A stretch of 64,000 nucleotides of DNA from the human T2T-CHM13v2.0 reference genome, Homo sapiens. Where the stretch lies: the NCBI RefSeq assembly GCF_009914755.1, contig NC_060928.1; one strand, 5' to 3'. Of the stretch, positions 17,101-33,263 are shown in pieces. Position numbers and translations under genes: made by a program. Below the pieces are notes generated by a model that searched no databases, was not told the origin of the DNA, and saw only the letters and a program-made list of their open reading frames with translations. Position 1 is the stretch's first letter. Each line of letters opens with the position of its first letter.

Positions 17101-17182
17101 AACTATCCCATACTTGTTATATATATAACCAAACCAACACAGAAAATTGTATTTTAATTCATTAATTTGTTCAGAAAATATT

Positions 17183-17224
17183 GTTGTTGTAAAAGAGTTG
17201 TTGTAAAGTTGTTGTAAAAGAGTT
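17183..17224. repeat. Short imperfect tandem repeat (gttgttgtaaa[aga]) x3
   Basis: Read directly. Confidence 0.85.
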
Positions 17225-20200
17225 AATCTTTTAAAATCTAGCTACTTTTGAAATTGATTGCAAATAATGGCCACGTAGTCTAAAATCTCTTCCTAAATTC
17301 ACTTTTTTTTTTCAGAAAGATTATCTGTACTGTAGTTAAAACATTTAAATCATAATTTGATTTAAAATAAATTATAATAACAGTTTTCAGAAAATACTTT
17401 TAGCACATTGTTTTTGTTTTAATCCTCAGCCTTAATTTTTTGTCCTTGAATTCTGTGTCACGAAGTCGAGAGGATGTAGGTACCGATTAATATAATCTGG
17501 ATTCTAATTCCTCCCAGATAGTACTGCTTCTGACTCATTGCATTAACCCTTCTTGGAAATATGCAGTGATTATTTTCTTCCAAAAATAAAGTCAAGGTCA
17601 GTGAAACCCTGATATCTGTATGGATTTTATTTCTGAAATATTATACACTTTTATAGCGTAAAACTTGTATTTCATATGGAACAGGTGCAATGCAAATTAT
17701 CCATAGCCAGCAATGAAAATTTTAATTTTAGATAAAGAATACATAGAGTGGAATGGCCCTAACTCCTTTGTCCTCAGAAACACTTTATAGTAAATGATGG
17801 CATCAAATGGAGTCCCGAGGTTTATTCTTTCACTTTAAATGCTTATTTCCTGATATTAGATTTCAGAAGAGTTATAAAAGTAGAATGTGTTACCTTTATA
17901 ATATAAGCACTAGTAGGCAGGGAGGACATCTATGGTAAACATTGTGTTTTTGTGATCTAAGAGCTTAATTTAACATGTATAGCTTTACAATCATCATGCA
18001 AAATAAATATAATAGTTCAGTTTGCAAGATAAATTTACTCTGAGTGATGGTAACATTAAAGCTAGGTTGCACATTAAAAGGTTCTCTAAGAAAAATATTT
18101 TATTAAGTGTTTATTTCATTTCTTACAGCAAGGCCTCTAATTAATGAAAAATTATCAAGTCGTTGTTAATGTAATTGATTTACACTTGATATGTGAGGAC
18201 TAATATTAGTTATTATTCAAAATAACCAAATACTTTGCATACTGAAAGATTTAGATGATCATTGATCTATTTGATACCATTTTTTGAGGCATATCTTTTT
18301 TTACACAACTTGTTGATCCTCTGCATTTCTGTCCTCTGCCTACAGAACAAAGCCTTAGTAAATTTTTTGTACCCCCAGGGAAAATTCTGCATTTAGTTGA
18401 AGGATTATTTTAACTATTGAGTTAAAGTTTTTCTAAGAACTTAGAGCATTTGCTATAGTTTTACCTAACGGGTCACAAATTTAAAATACTTTGTTGAAGG
18501 AAAACTTATGTGGGTTCTAAAAAATTTTAATTGGGGCTGTGTCAGAAAATTCAGGATATGTAGGCAACAAGCTAAGGATGACAGAGATATGAAGTGAATC
18601 TGCTTTACAGATGCTCATAAAATGCACATGCACACAATTTACTGAATCTTTTTGTCTCAGTGCTGTACCTTTAAACATTTCCATTTCAGTGATTAATTTC
18701 AAGAGTCGATTAATCACTATTGCTAGTTTTTAGACTCAGACTTTTATGTTTCTTCTCAAATTTCAAAACAGAAGGAGAAAAAGTGTTGTCACATAAAAAT
18801 CCAGGATATACTTTATCTGGTCACAATTTCATTCAGTATTCATGAGCTTCCAATACCTGTTTATTGTCGTGTTCAACATTACAACTAGACTCAAAATTCA
18901 CCACAGTTAACAAATATTACATAAAGCAAGATAATAGCTATATTTGTCAAGTTGAGGTTAATAAGCACCTGGAAGTCCACAGAAGTTTCCCCAGAGTCCA
19001 GAAATGCTTGAATATTTATTTATTTTTATATTTCTATAATTTTAATAAGAATATGTGCATCTCATACATATCATTGTATGTATCTTTGACTATCTAGCTG
19101 ATTATCATAAAATATTACAGTGAGGTACTTACTGTGGATGTGTGTGTTTCTCATAACTTTTTAAGTGCTTTCTTTTTTTGTTTCTACTCACTTGCCACGG
19201 AGTACTGCTTAAATTAAGTTGAGTTAATGAGAAATGTCATTAACTTTATACTGTACAAAGGCATTTCTACCAGGCAAAGACCAAATATTGTCCTGGCACC
19301 TTGAAGGAATTGAGATTTTCATTGAGATTTTAGTGTAAACAGAGAAAGTTAAGCAATAATTGAGCAAACACAGAGAAGTATAAACATGTTCAAGCTACAG
19401 AAGTCAGAACTATATCTATGGTTTGAATACTATTTTATTTCAGCAAAACAACACATTAATAAAATAGTTTAAAAATATATTTTATTAGTTTTATTGAGTT
19501 GTTCATTTTTAATTGAAAAATTTGCACCTTTTGAGTAAATGGTATATGCATTAAATGTTTATTTCTATTTTTATATACATGTTTAAGTAATATTACAATG
19601 CTTCCTACATGAACACCCCAAAAATGTGACTTGCTTTAAAAGGAAATAATATGTAAATGTGAGAAAAATATTTCTTATATCAAAAAGAAAGGGGAAACTT
19701 GCAATATTTTAATGTAACAAGTATTTGCAATGACATGTATTTTCATATTTAATATCAAGCATTATACTTGTTTTCTGTTACAAATATGATAATGCTTTTT
19801 AATCATTTTAGGCTTAATTTTTTGCATATTAAAATATAAATTATTTTATAACTTGTATGATTTTTTCTTTAAAAATCCACATCTAATTCTTTTTTAAGCA
19901 TACTCAATGTTTCTCCTCTATTCAGATTTCAGAAGGAGAGTATGTAAATAATATAGCTTAAAATAAAGAAATGAAAACATTTAATACATAATGACCTTTG
20001 ATTTAACCTTATGTTAAACTGATTAAATCTGGTATTAAAATTGAAATCCTTACAAATCCTCAACAATAGTGATGAGCTTAGAGTTTAATTTTTTCATATT
20101 TTTATGCATTATGTTTCATTTCAGTTGTCTATTAAAATCCAGAGCTAGTAAAGATAGAAAAATATTGAGATTCATTTAAATTTTTTTTCTGACCTCAGGC

Positions 20201-20689
20201 AAATAGAGTTTATTTTAATGAAATATTCAATGAAAATAAAGTAGATATGACTGTTTTATAGCAAGAGCTACACAATAAATATGGTTTCCCAAGCCTGATA
20301 AATGACTTATGGATGTAATACGGCTGCTAAATATCATGCTACTACTCTATTAAGCATTATTGAAAAGTTTAAAGTGAAAGGAGCTCAACTATTTAAAATT
20401 AATGTATATAATCTTGTGCTTTTCTCCATTTCAGAATAAATTCATTAATCAAACATAGTGGAGAAGAGCAAAAAGAATAATTAAATCCAAAGAACTAGAG
20501 AGACTAATAATGAAGGGGGCTAAATCATATTTCTAACATAAATAATTAAAAATGATTTGAAGGAACATTGAGGTTTTTTTCCTAATATATAATAAGGCAG
20601 AAATAAGTTACATTTTTCAATTCAAAATAGAGAAAGGAATCTCACATTTACCTAATACTTGTGTGCCTGGCTGGTCCATACATGAATAC

Positions 20690-20772
20690 ATATCAAGGAA
20701 GGTTCTTGTTGGATTAAATGATCAAAAACCTGCGAAGTCCTGGAATAACTGTGCCTAGCACACAGTTACTTT
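20690..20772 (+). mobile_element. MIR 3' fragment
   Basis: ggattaaatga...gtgcctagcacacagt. Confidence 0.5.
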
Positions 20773-21851
20773 AAGTTTTAGTACTTCCTCTTCTCGTTTT
20801 CTTCCTCCAGCCCAATATTGCCCTTGCACATAGCAAATATTCTTATTTAGTATCATATACCCAAATAATATGGATATTTTATGCAGAGCTATATTTTACA
20901 AATGTATAGGTGGAAACTTATGAATACTGGATCACCTGAAAACCTGTACAAAATCATCCTGAAAGCAGGATGGGGGAAAAAGTAAGCAATGATTTATCCC
21001 TAGAGAGATTAAGATCATAGAACTAATTACGTGACCATATTTCCCCCAACAGTTCTTTTTAAATGATTGGGATTTTTTTTTTCATAGTTGAGAATTCTTT
21101 CATGACATGAAAATTATACTTATTTGAGTGCGTAGTCTACATGGTGAACTGATTAATGATCTTAGAAAAATCCAATAGGTTTTGATAAAAAGACAGTACA
21201 ATATGAAGAAAGTTAAAGCACCACAGTAAGTCAGTAAGGCATCAGACAATTTCAGGTATAGGGAAGAAATACTTGATTGTATGTCAAGAATTTCTAGTAG
21301 AAGATAAAGTTAAAAATGTAAGTAATACACATTTTGTTCAGAATCATGTCTTGCTGAACTGATTTAACTTCTTAATTTCTGGTCTTCTTTTGTTTCTCCA
21401 TTAAGCACTTTTCCTAATTTCCTGTTTAACTCATAGACTGCCTCTTAATGTAAGTTTCAGATGTTGTGGGAAGGACACTATAATTCAGAGTAGGAAGGTC
21501 CTGAATATGTAAATACTTAGTTATAAAGTAACGTGATAACCAGAGAGAGGTGAGGACAGAGTGTCATGAGTGTCCAGGCGAGGTAAGTGGTTAATTTAAA
21601 AGACAAACATGGTAAAAAGAAATAAAATAAAATTTAAACAATGAAACATGAACACTTCCTTGGCTGCTAATAGTCAAATCAATAGAAAGATGTCGTGGGA
21701 TATATAAAAGAGAAATAACGAAAAACATAGCCTGTGAAGAAGGAAAATATATGCATTTTGCTTTAATATGTTTCACCAAATATTGAGAAGGATAACTTTT
21801 TTCATTCTCATTTTCTAATGCATACACAATTTAATTACTTGCTTTTCCCCG

Positions 21852-21961
21852 TATTATTGATATGTGATTACCTCAGACTTAGTAGCTTAAACAGCAACTA
21901 TTTTATTATGGTCAGGGGTAGCAAAAATGAGGCTCAGCTGGGCTCTTTTCACTTGGGGCAT
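21852..21961 (-). mobile_element. MLT1-type LTR fragment, host of the LTR1-type insertion
   Basis: tacctcagacttagtagcttaaacagcaactattttatt...ggctcagctgggc; appears to continue as catgcag after 22764. Confidence 0.5.
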
Positions 21962-22760
21962 TGAAACCTGAGGAGTTTTTCCTTGTAGCCCTCTCAGTAC
22001 ATGTGACAAGGGTGTGACTCACTTCTTTGATGCCTGGCTGCTCAAAACCCTAGGGGGAGCATGCAGATGGGCAGGTCTTGGGGAGTCTTTTTGGGCTCTG
22101 AACCCAAAGCAGCATCTAGGGTTAAGTGTTTACAGCTCCCAAAGCCCCCAGTGGGCGTGTGTTACAGTGTGCTTTTTCAGCTTAGCCATCTGCAAATGGC
22201 TTGTTAATCAGCTCGATTAGACCCTCTGCCTTATTGTAAGGACAGGGGGCTTTCTGTATCTGGGGTTCTTGCCCTATTGTACCATAAAAATCAGATCATA
22301 CGTGGGCTTGGAGAATGAGTGCAAGGTTTTATTGAGTGGTGGAGGTATCTCTCAGCAGATGGATGGCGAGCCAGAAGAGGGATGGAGTGGGAAGTTGGTC
22401 TTCCTCTGGAGTCAGACCACTCAGCGACTGGGCTCTCCTCTGACCACCCTTGGCCAAATTTTCCTTGGTGTCAACGTCTTTCCACCATCGATGGCCTGCC
22501 GGGGTCTGTTGGTGTCTTCTTCTGACGGTGTGTTCCTGTCGATGTCCAGCTGCTTGCGTCTCTGTCCACTTAACTCGGGCTTATATGGGCACAGAATGGG
22601 GGCATGGCAGGCCAGAGTGGTTTTGGAAAATGCAACATTTGGGTGCGAAAACAGCAGTGCCTGTCCTCATGTAGGTCCCTGGGCACAGGCCTGAGTGTGG
22701 AGCTCTTGCCAGGAACCCTGTCCTTCTCTACCCAGCATTTCCCTTCCCCCTCCCTTATCA
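21962..22760 (-). mobile_element. ERV1 solo LTR, LTR1 family (HUERS-P2 group)
   Basis: Minus strand begins TGATAAGGGAGGGGGAAGGGAAATGCTGGGTAGAGAAGG and ends GTTTCA; ~800 bp; 4-bp TSD gcat (21958-21961 / 22761-22764). Confidence 0.8.
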
Positions 22761-23311
22761 GCATCATGCAGTTTTTGTCAGGTGAAAGCTGATCTTGCTT
22801 ACTTTATGCTGTAATCACCTAAGATGAGTAGTATTGCTTTGTAGTCAAGAGTGCTGAGCTTTCATCTTTCACTATTTTTCAAAATTCTCCAGATGTCTGT
22901 TTGTAGATGTATCTCATTGTCTAGATAAATTTTCTAGAAGTGGATATTAGGTCTTATTCATTTTTTAAAAAATTCTCAGAGGTCTAGCATAACACAAGGA
23001 ACTGCTCAATAAAATGCCTACAAGAGCCAGGCTGAAAACAAAGGTAATGGCCCACAGAGAGCTTCATAAATAGTGAATAACATAGATCTTGGCGTTGGGG
23101 AATGTGTATGAGAGAATTTTGTTCACTTTTCTGCACAGCAATAAGAGTGTCTTGAGGATGAATACACTCGGAATAAAGCCTCCACTCTGTCACTATCTGG
23201 GGACAACAACTAACCAAGCAACCAAATAAACAAGCGTTTCAAAACATTTTCTGAAATACTTGGTCCTGTTCAAGAAAACCAGACCCAACCACAAAGTGAA
23301 ATGATTTAAGA

Positions 23312-23925
23312 GACTGTAAACTAGTTCAACCATTGTGGAAGTCAGTGTGGCGATTCCTCAGGGATCTAGAACTAGAAATACCATTTGACCCAGCCATCCC
23401 ATTACTGGGTATATACCCAAAGGACTATAAATCATGCTGCTATAAAGACACATGCACACGTATGTTTATTGCGGCACTATTCACAATAGCAAAGACTTGG
23501 AACCAACCCAAATGTCCAACAATGATAGACTGGATTAAGAAAATGTGGCACATATACACCATGGAATACTATGCAGCCATAAAAAAGGATGAGTTCATGT
23601 CCTTTGTAGGGACATGGATGAAAGTGAAAATCATCATTCTCAGTAAACTATCGCAAGGACAAAAAACCAAACACCACATGTTCTCACTCATAGATGGGAA
23701 TTGGACAATGAGAACGCATGGACATAGGAAGGGGAACATCACACTTTGGGGACTGTTGTGGGGCAGGAGGAGGGGGGATGGATAGCATTAGGAGATATAC
23801 CTAATGCTAAATGACGAGTTAATGGATGCAACACACCAGCATGGCGCATGTCTACATATGTAACTAACCTGCACATTGTGTGCATGTACCCTAAAACTTA
23901 AAGTATAATAATAATAATAATAAAA
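23312..23925 (+). mobile_element. 5'-truncated L1PA (PA3/PA4-like): ORF2 C-terminus, 3'UTR and tail
   Basis: ORF 23333 WKSVWRFLRDLELEIPFDPAIPLLGIYPKDYKSCCYKDTCTRMFIAALF is the ORF2p C-terminus; 3' end ctaaaacttaaagtataataa. Confidence 0.97.
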
Positions 23926-25041
23926 GAGAAATGAAAATATGATAGTGAAAACTATCATTTGACCACAAAAGGAAACTTTCTATTTGTGCTGTGGAATGCA
24001 GCATACCATAAACAGGGTTGTTTAAGAGATGAAACTTGTTCTCAGAGCTGGTGAGATCCTGTGTCCTAAGCTGCCTAGTGATTTTACTGCACCTGCAGCC
24101 AATGAAATCCAAGAATATGAAGAGCAGAACTCCGCAAAAGGGAGTATGGTGTATGAACAGAAAGGCCAGAAAATAAGCATGTCTATGTGCATATTTTATT
24201 AGTAACTTTAAAATTGCTTTTGTTAATTGCTAATAAACTGAGTGACAATTTCCAGGGTAAAATTTGAATGTTTCCACAGAATCTAACAGGAGAAAGGGAG
24301 TAGTAGGGACAAGATAGGGAATTGGGGAAAACTTTTGCCACAGAAGGCCAGAGATATTTGTGGGTAGCTAGTTGTTACCACTGGGGTGAGGGGGGTGAAA
24401 CTTTTCCAGTTTTGTTAGATCTATCCTTATGATTAGTTCCAAGTCCTTTAGTTCACTAAAATATTGTAATCTTGAAGTGCTCTCTCTTAAACTATTATTT
24501 TAATGTGTATGTGTAAACATTTTTGCCTAGCATAGGGTAAGTGTTCAATAATTATGTGTTGTTTATATGAATCATATTAGTAAAAATATATTGTGATTTC
24601 ACATATTTCAAATTAAATACAAAGTAAAATGCTAACTTAAAAATATTTCATAATCTCATTCTTCTAAAGTAATAATTTTAGAGTGCTGTAGATCCTTTGT
24701 ACTATATTGAAATTAGAACAAACCAAACGATACAATAGACAGGAAAAACAAAGGGTCACAGAGCACCCTCTGATATGTGTACAGGGCTTTCATTGAGCTC
24801 AGAGAAAAGCAGTCTCTAGTGACGCTGCAAATTTATTTTTAAAAGGTGGCTTGCACTGTCAGGTGTAGTAGTTGAGAAATCTATGTAATCTTGTTTGATA
24901 TTGAATCCAAGGGCAAAGTACTAACTTTGTTGCCCGGAGCAGGCCTCTTATATGAATAGGAGGCTTCTATTTTGAGGTCTGTCCCTCGGGGAATTTGTGA
25001 GAGAATGCTCCAAGATGATTCCTTAATAATCTAGCTAAATG

Positions 25042-25379
<338 letters not shown>

Positions 25380-25399
25380 CTAAATGAAGAAATTAAGAA

Positions 25400-25830
25400 T
25401 GATATGTTATTTGGGTGATTCTTGATATAAGACATTCAACTTCATTAGAAGAAACTCTGTCAATTAGCATTTACAAAATTTAAATGGAGTTGGAGAACTA
25501 AAAGCCTTTGTGGAAGTCTAGAATAGAACTCAATAACAAGACCTTAAGAGACCTACGTGTGAAATCCTCGTAAATTTTATAAAAGCTTCTGAGGAAAATG
25601 AGTGGTATGAATTTGTCACAGATTATTTGAGCATAAATGAGATCTGGATCAAGATCTAATAATGAAAACCAAATAAGTTAAGGAAAAGAAATCAATGATA
25701 TTTTTAATGATATGAATCAGGCTCTTCAATATAAGCTTTTATAAAATGCATTTTTTAAACTACAAAATGTGTCAAATTTGAAATGAAATAGTCAACTTTT
25801 CTTTATCAAATATCAAATTATTAGAAGGGA
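25400..25830 (+). mobile_element. Old L1M ORF2 fragment (probably continues to ~26460 after the Alu)
   Basis: A-rich; agacctacgtgtgaaa...ataaaagcttctgaggaaaat resembles L1 'KDLNVK..IKLLEEN'. Confidence 0.4.
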
Positions 25831-25834
25831 TCCC

Positions 25835-26145
<311 letters not shown>

Positions 26146-27429
26146 TTAAAAAAAAAAATAGGTTTGTTTGCATATATTTCAACAATGCCTCTCATTGCTA
26201 CCATGAAACAATTGTTTTCTTTTTATCATCCCTTGTCTTGTCTATAAGGAGTTATCTATATCTAAATATCTGCAAACTTTTTAAAAAGTACAATACATCG
26301 AGGGCATTACATAATGATAAAAAGCAAATGGTTGATGCAGACAAACATGAAAAAGCAGCAAGGTTAAGAAAAAATACTGTATATTTTACAGTGTCAAACA
26401 TACAGTCTGTTCAATAAATAATACAACATGTGAAATCTACAATGTCAACTAGAGATGGAGGCTGGGGATATTACAGACTGACATTACTGTAATTAAGGAA
26501 TGAAAAAAAATAGCAACATTTCAGGACATAACAAAGTACACCATCTGGGCCTGCCAACTATACATATTAAATACGGAAAAAGAAAGGACAAACAAAGCTA
26601 ATATAAGCATCATACCATTTTGCAAATTCATAAAGAATCAAAGGAAATCAAAGAATCATTATAGCCCTCTAAATGCTTCTACGGGTAATTTGTTGATAAA
26701 AGGAGTTGGCAGCACTTCATAATTTACAAAGGAAGATAGAAGACAGATGTCAGAAGCAGATGCACACTTCCCAGAAAGGAGAAGAAGGAATGCTAAAGCA
26801 AATCAGGATCATTTGCAAAACACAGATAAAATAAACAGGAAAAAAACAACTGAAAAAGGACTAGTTTCACAGAGTTGACCTAATCATTCTATTAAATTGA
26901 TACTGATCTCTAGGTCATAATTTTTTAAGTTTGGAAGTGGCATAAATTGAATAGACAAGTTATTGATATTCTACTATTTGCACAGCACTATGCCAGACCA
27001 AGAAGACATACTGAGATAAAGAAGACAACTAGCTGAAGAGATCTCAAAAGAATATATTCTGTAAAGTGTAAAGGTGTTCACACAGTCAGAGTGTTTTGAT
27101 TTTTCACAACATAATAGAAAATGAGTGATTCTCCTACTATCAGTTATTCATCAATTCAACCAGACATTCACATCCATCTATCTAAAAATATTTGAGAGCC
27201 GATTCTAATTATAGCCTCAAATAAAATGTAGTTGAGGCTATTTTAGAGGTCAAATAGAGAGATATAAAAGGATAATTAATTCAAATTAGAGCTGTATCAG
27301 ATTTGAAAAAACATTGGATTTCAGTCATTACTTAGAAGAATTAATTCAAATTCTACTTATCTGAATTCATGAGTACTTCAAAGTAAGACTGAGATGAGAA
27401 CAATTATACTTCCTATTTTCCTTGACTGT

Positions 27430-28348
<919 letters not shown>

Positions 28349-30354
28349 CTGAAAAATCTTTAAGTTTAGATCCAGTGATAGAATTGACCAGACACACATA
28401 TATATGAAGATGACTTTCAGCTGAAAAAGCATCCGAGACTCTGTACTAGAATCTATCACAACCTAATCCTATAGGTAATATTATACATATTTGTATATTT
28501 ATAGAATTATTTTGCTTCTGTACCTCTTGTCTTCAATCACTTACTCCAAGATAGTAGACAGTAAGATTGAGAATTATTTTAACAACTGGTAATATCGATC
28601 AAAAATGTCCTCCCTGCTTCTTACTGGCCTCAATGATCGTTATCTTTTATGACCAGCTGTTCAGATCCAATCTATTCCACTTAGTCCTTTCTGGAAAGAC
28701 ACGTTCAAAGAGATCCTCTTACTTCTTTGAACTTGCAAAATATTTAGTGTCAATTTTGTCCTTGGCAAACTAACATTCTGAAAAACCAAAGTGGCTTAAA
28801 GGAAAGTAACTGCATTGAAAAACAGCAGTTGACTTATTCAAGAAATGTGTGTTTAGTTTACTGCCCAGTTTTTCTTTTCTTTTTTTTTAGACAGACGATT
28901 ATTGGAAGCATACTCCAAATGATACTTAACAGAAGCCAAAACAACTAGGTATCATTACTTCTTTTCATGTCTGCTCACAGTTTTACTTGCAGGTATGCAC
29001 ATGTAAACGTGTGCATACACATACACATACCCAGGTATCCTCATATATAAACACATGGACTTACACACCCAAGTCAACTTTTTCACATCATAATAGTTCA
29101 TGGATGTAGTTTTTGCCACAGAAATGGCATAGCTGGAAACTTGTGTTTTCCTCTAACTATAAATACAACATTAGCCATTATGTTAAAGTATTTTTTTCTG
29201 TCATCAGCTGAAAATTCTGATTAAAAAAGGAAGATAGTGACATGCACAAGTTGGTGATGTCTAAAAGGGATACATCTGTCTGTGCTTGGTGTAGTCATGG
29301 AGCTGATTAATAGTTGGAGCCTGGCAATTAGAACTTTTTTGAGTCTGCTAGACAGAGCTGGAAATATACTTCGCTAAGAGGAGCAGTGAACTAAGTTGTT
29401 TACAGATGAGCTCTGCTCTGTGTAGCTGAAGTAGGATTTAACTTAAGCAAGTGGCTTCCAGTGAGGCATTAAGGAAATGGTGTTACAGAATCAACTAAAA
29501 CATCACTTTTAAGACAGTCATTTTTTCCAGATATTTAAATGTGTTAAGTGTCACTGGGTGCTACATCAGTAATCTGGGAGAGTGAAAGGGCAGTAACAAT
29601 TTGTGAAACATGTTGGGGATCATTTCCTTTCCATTTTGAATGAAAAGGAGTAAGCTGAGAAACATGTAAAGACTAGGAAACTGGCTATTGTGAACAGAGT
29701 AAGCAACAGTAAGTTTATTCGAAGCTTTTACTGATCACACAAAAATATTTGACATGGATAAATATCTGACATAAATAGTTCCTATTTGTTTTTCTAAAAT
29801 CATTAAAAAAAAAATCAAGCCTGCCTCTACTACCTCACCTAGATGGACTCAAAGCTCCAGCTCTTCCTGTTTGTCATCTCTACACGCTCCTCCAGATACT
29901 TTCTGCATCCACACCATTGCCTCCCAATTCTGCCTCCAAAAGGAAGGCCTACAAAACAAAAAGTTGCCACTCCTATTTCCAGGCAAGGTTGTGAAATAAA
30001 GGCGCAAATTCTCTGATTCCTTACCCTATTATGAGAATTTTGGAAGGGGGAAAATGGTGGGGATAAGGTTTGGACATCAGAATTCAAACTCTTTTAGAAA
30101 AGTTATTGTCAATATTATCACCAACCATTTTGGACTTCAGGTATATAATGGGTTTAAATGTATTTGCTGGCAGAAAGGGGAATCCAAACTTCAAATAAAG
30201 TTGAATTCAGGGATTGTAAACTAAAGAAACTGCAAGAGGAGCACATAGCTCCACAAAAGCAACATTGGAAGAATGAGAGTTGGTGATTAAGGTAGTACTT
30301 TATGCACATACATGCACGCACACATACATACACACACGCCCATGTACATATACA

Positions 30355-30420
30355 TGGCACACAACATGGTATTTTGATATACATATACATTGTGAAATAA
30401 TTACTACAGTCGAGGCAATA
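30355..30420 (-). mobile_element. L1MA 3'-end fragment within CA/TG-rich sequence
   Basis: acaacatggtattttgatatacatatacattgtgaaataattactacagtc. Confidence 0.5.
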
Positions 30421-30899
30421 CGTATATGTGTTTGCGGATGTGCATGTGTGGTGTTTCTTTGTTTTTGACTGATGTCACCAATTTAAAGATTTCCCACTTC
30501 ATCCTCCTCATATAGATTATGTCTGTCACTAAAATAGGATATGCAAGGCACCCAAAGATGTGAACAGTACGTATCCATATTTGAAGCCTGTGCCCATATC
30601 TCTTGTTTTAATTCTGATCCCATGGGAAGATACGTTCTGAATCCCTAATAATCAGCCAACACTTTCCTAAGTTGGACTTTGCCTAAACTGCAAGACCTAA
30701 TTATAGTTAATGCTTTGATAATGTAGTTCAGAAGCAACAATGTATGAATGACAACATGATTGCTCAAAGATCTAATTCTTTGATATGATTTAGTTGACAT
30801 AAACAGAGTGTAACCACAGGAATGACAAAATAATTGACACGTTATTTTAAAAATGTGAATTATTATGTTGACTTGGATGTCAATTAAAAGTTGATACTA

Positions 30900-31196
<297 letters not shown>

Positions 31197-31788
31197 TGTT
31201 GATTTTAAATTCAAAGAATAGAGAGTGAAAATTACTTCAAGGATGTAAAAAGTCATTTCGTGTCTGCATGTATTTGCAAATATAAGTACTATATGTAACT
31301 TTTTAATGTTTTTTAATAAAAATTTTATATTTTGTATTTTCTAAACACTCAACAGGTTTTATTGTTTGTTTCTTTTGGATATGAATCAAAGTAAACAGTA
31401 AATTTTTCTTTTTTTTATAATCAAGTACATGGCCAATCATAGGCTGTCTGCAATTATTAGGTTATTGAAATAAGTAATTAATTTTACATTTCTAAACCTA
31501 TTTTTGTTAACCCTACGAATTACTTTAATTATAATAGGAATTTCATAATTATGTCAATCAAAAATTTTAGTGGTCTTAAAATAGCATACATAACTACAAT
31601 GATTACAATCCCAATTCAGGCTGTTAATTTTTAAAGTTTGTACAGCCCCCTTCCAATTAAGCAAAACAGTATTTAAATTTTATTTTATTAGTTGAATGTC
31701 AGAATACAATTTTGTTGGTTTGTTCCCTAAAATCAAACATATCCCCAAAGGAATGCCTGAATTATATATAATATGTTTGAGATTACAG

Positions 31789-31854
31789 AGATAGATGGAT
31801 AGATAGACAGATGATAGATAGATAGATAGATGATAGATAGGTAGATAGATAGAT
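31789..31854. repeat. Compound (GATA)n tetranucleotide STR
   Basis: gata runs interrupted by gat/gaca/ggta. Confidence 0.95.
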
Positions 31855-32089
31855 GGAAAGAATGAATTCTAAAAGCTCTGACATCACTGTATAAATCAAA
31901 AGGCTACACCAGACTTTCTAAGGAGAATTTTAAATAAGAATTCCCAAAGGTCTTGAAGAGTATTATTACCTTATTCCAATCAGCATTTTATCTCAGCTTT
32001 GAAAGAGACTATGGCCTGTATTTGGATGTGAGAGATTACCACCCTGGAATTTGAAGAAAGGATTAACCTAAATAGGAGACAGAAAATAG

Positions 32090-32470
<381 letters not shown>

Positions 32471-32870
32471 TGGTGACCAAGGTCTTAATCCAAGAAAATA
32501 TCTGCACCAGACTGCTGAGTTCCAACGTATAGAAAGGATTAGGAAACAACAAATCCTTAGAGGACAAGAGAAACAATTTATTTTAGAATCATAAAACCCG
32601 GAATTCGAAGAAAGGTAGGGAAAAGGTCAGGTTTAGGCTTCTTAGGAATAAATACATATCAATTATCAAAAATCTTATATTTTTATATTATGAAATATTC
32701 CTATGATAGAGTAAATAGAAAGATGTTAATGCCATTCAGTTCCAAGATTAAATTACCATCCGATTTGAGAAGTCTTTCGCATATTTAGTATACATCATTT
32801 TGCAAAAGCAGAAGAGTTTAATGTCTAATTGTGTTCCTGCTTCTTTCTTCAGAATCACTCTAGCTATTCT

Positions 32871-33067
32871 TTTTTTTCCCTTTTTTTCTTTTGCTTTTTT
32901 TTTTTTTTCCTGATACAGGATCTCACTTTGTCACCCCAGCTGGAGTGCAGTAGTATGGTCACGGCTCACTGATGCTTTCATCTTCTGGGCTCAAGCAATC
33001 CTTCTGCATCAACCTCCTGAGTAGCTGAGATGACAGGTGTGTGCCACCACACCCAGCTTTTATATAC

Positions 33068-33120
<53 letters not shown>

Positions 33121-33248
33121 TTTTGTAGAGACGGGGTCTGGCTGTGTTACCTAGGCTGGTCTGGTCTGGAGCTCCTGGGCTCAAGGGGTTCTCTCACCTT
33201 GAACTCCCAAAGTGTTGGGCTTACAGGCATGAGCCACCACACCTGGCC
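32871..33248 (-). mobile_element. AluJ with (TG)23 in the middle linker
   Basis: J-type body; TSD cactctag(c/t)tattct (32856-32870 / 33249-33263). Confidence 0.95.
33071..33116. repeat. Perfect (TG)23 microsatellite
   Basis: Read directly. Confidence 0.98.
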
Positions 33249-33263
33249 CACTCTAGTTATTCT

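Noticed and set aside
19900-19950. Possible microexon (pyrimidine tract-ttcag ... gtatgt/gtaaat)
   Set aside because: Splice-like motifs of this strength are common by chance; no supporting neighbouring exons
22269-22792. Overlapping ORFs up to 141 aa
   Set aside because: Lie inside the GC-rich LTR, where stop codons are rare by chance
29826-29837. tctactacctca, complementary to the let-7 5' end
   Set aside because: Only 11-12 nt, no pre-miRNA hairpin or 3'UTR context; compatible with chance
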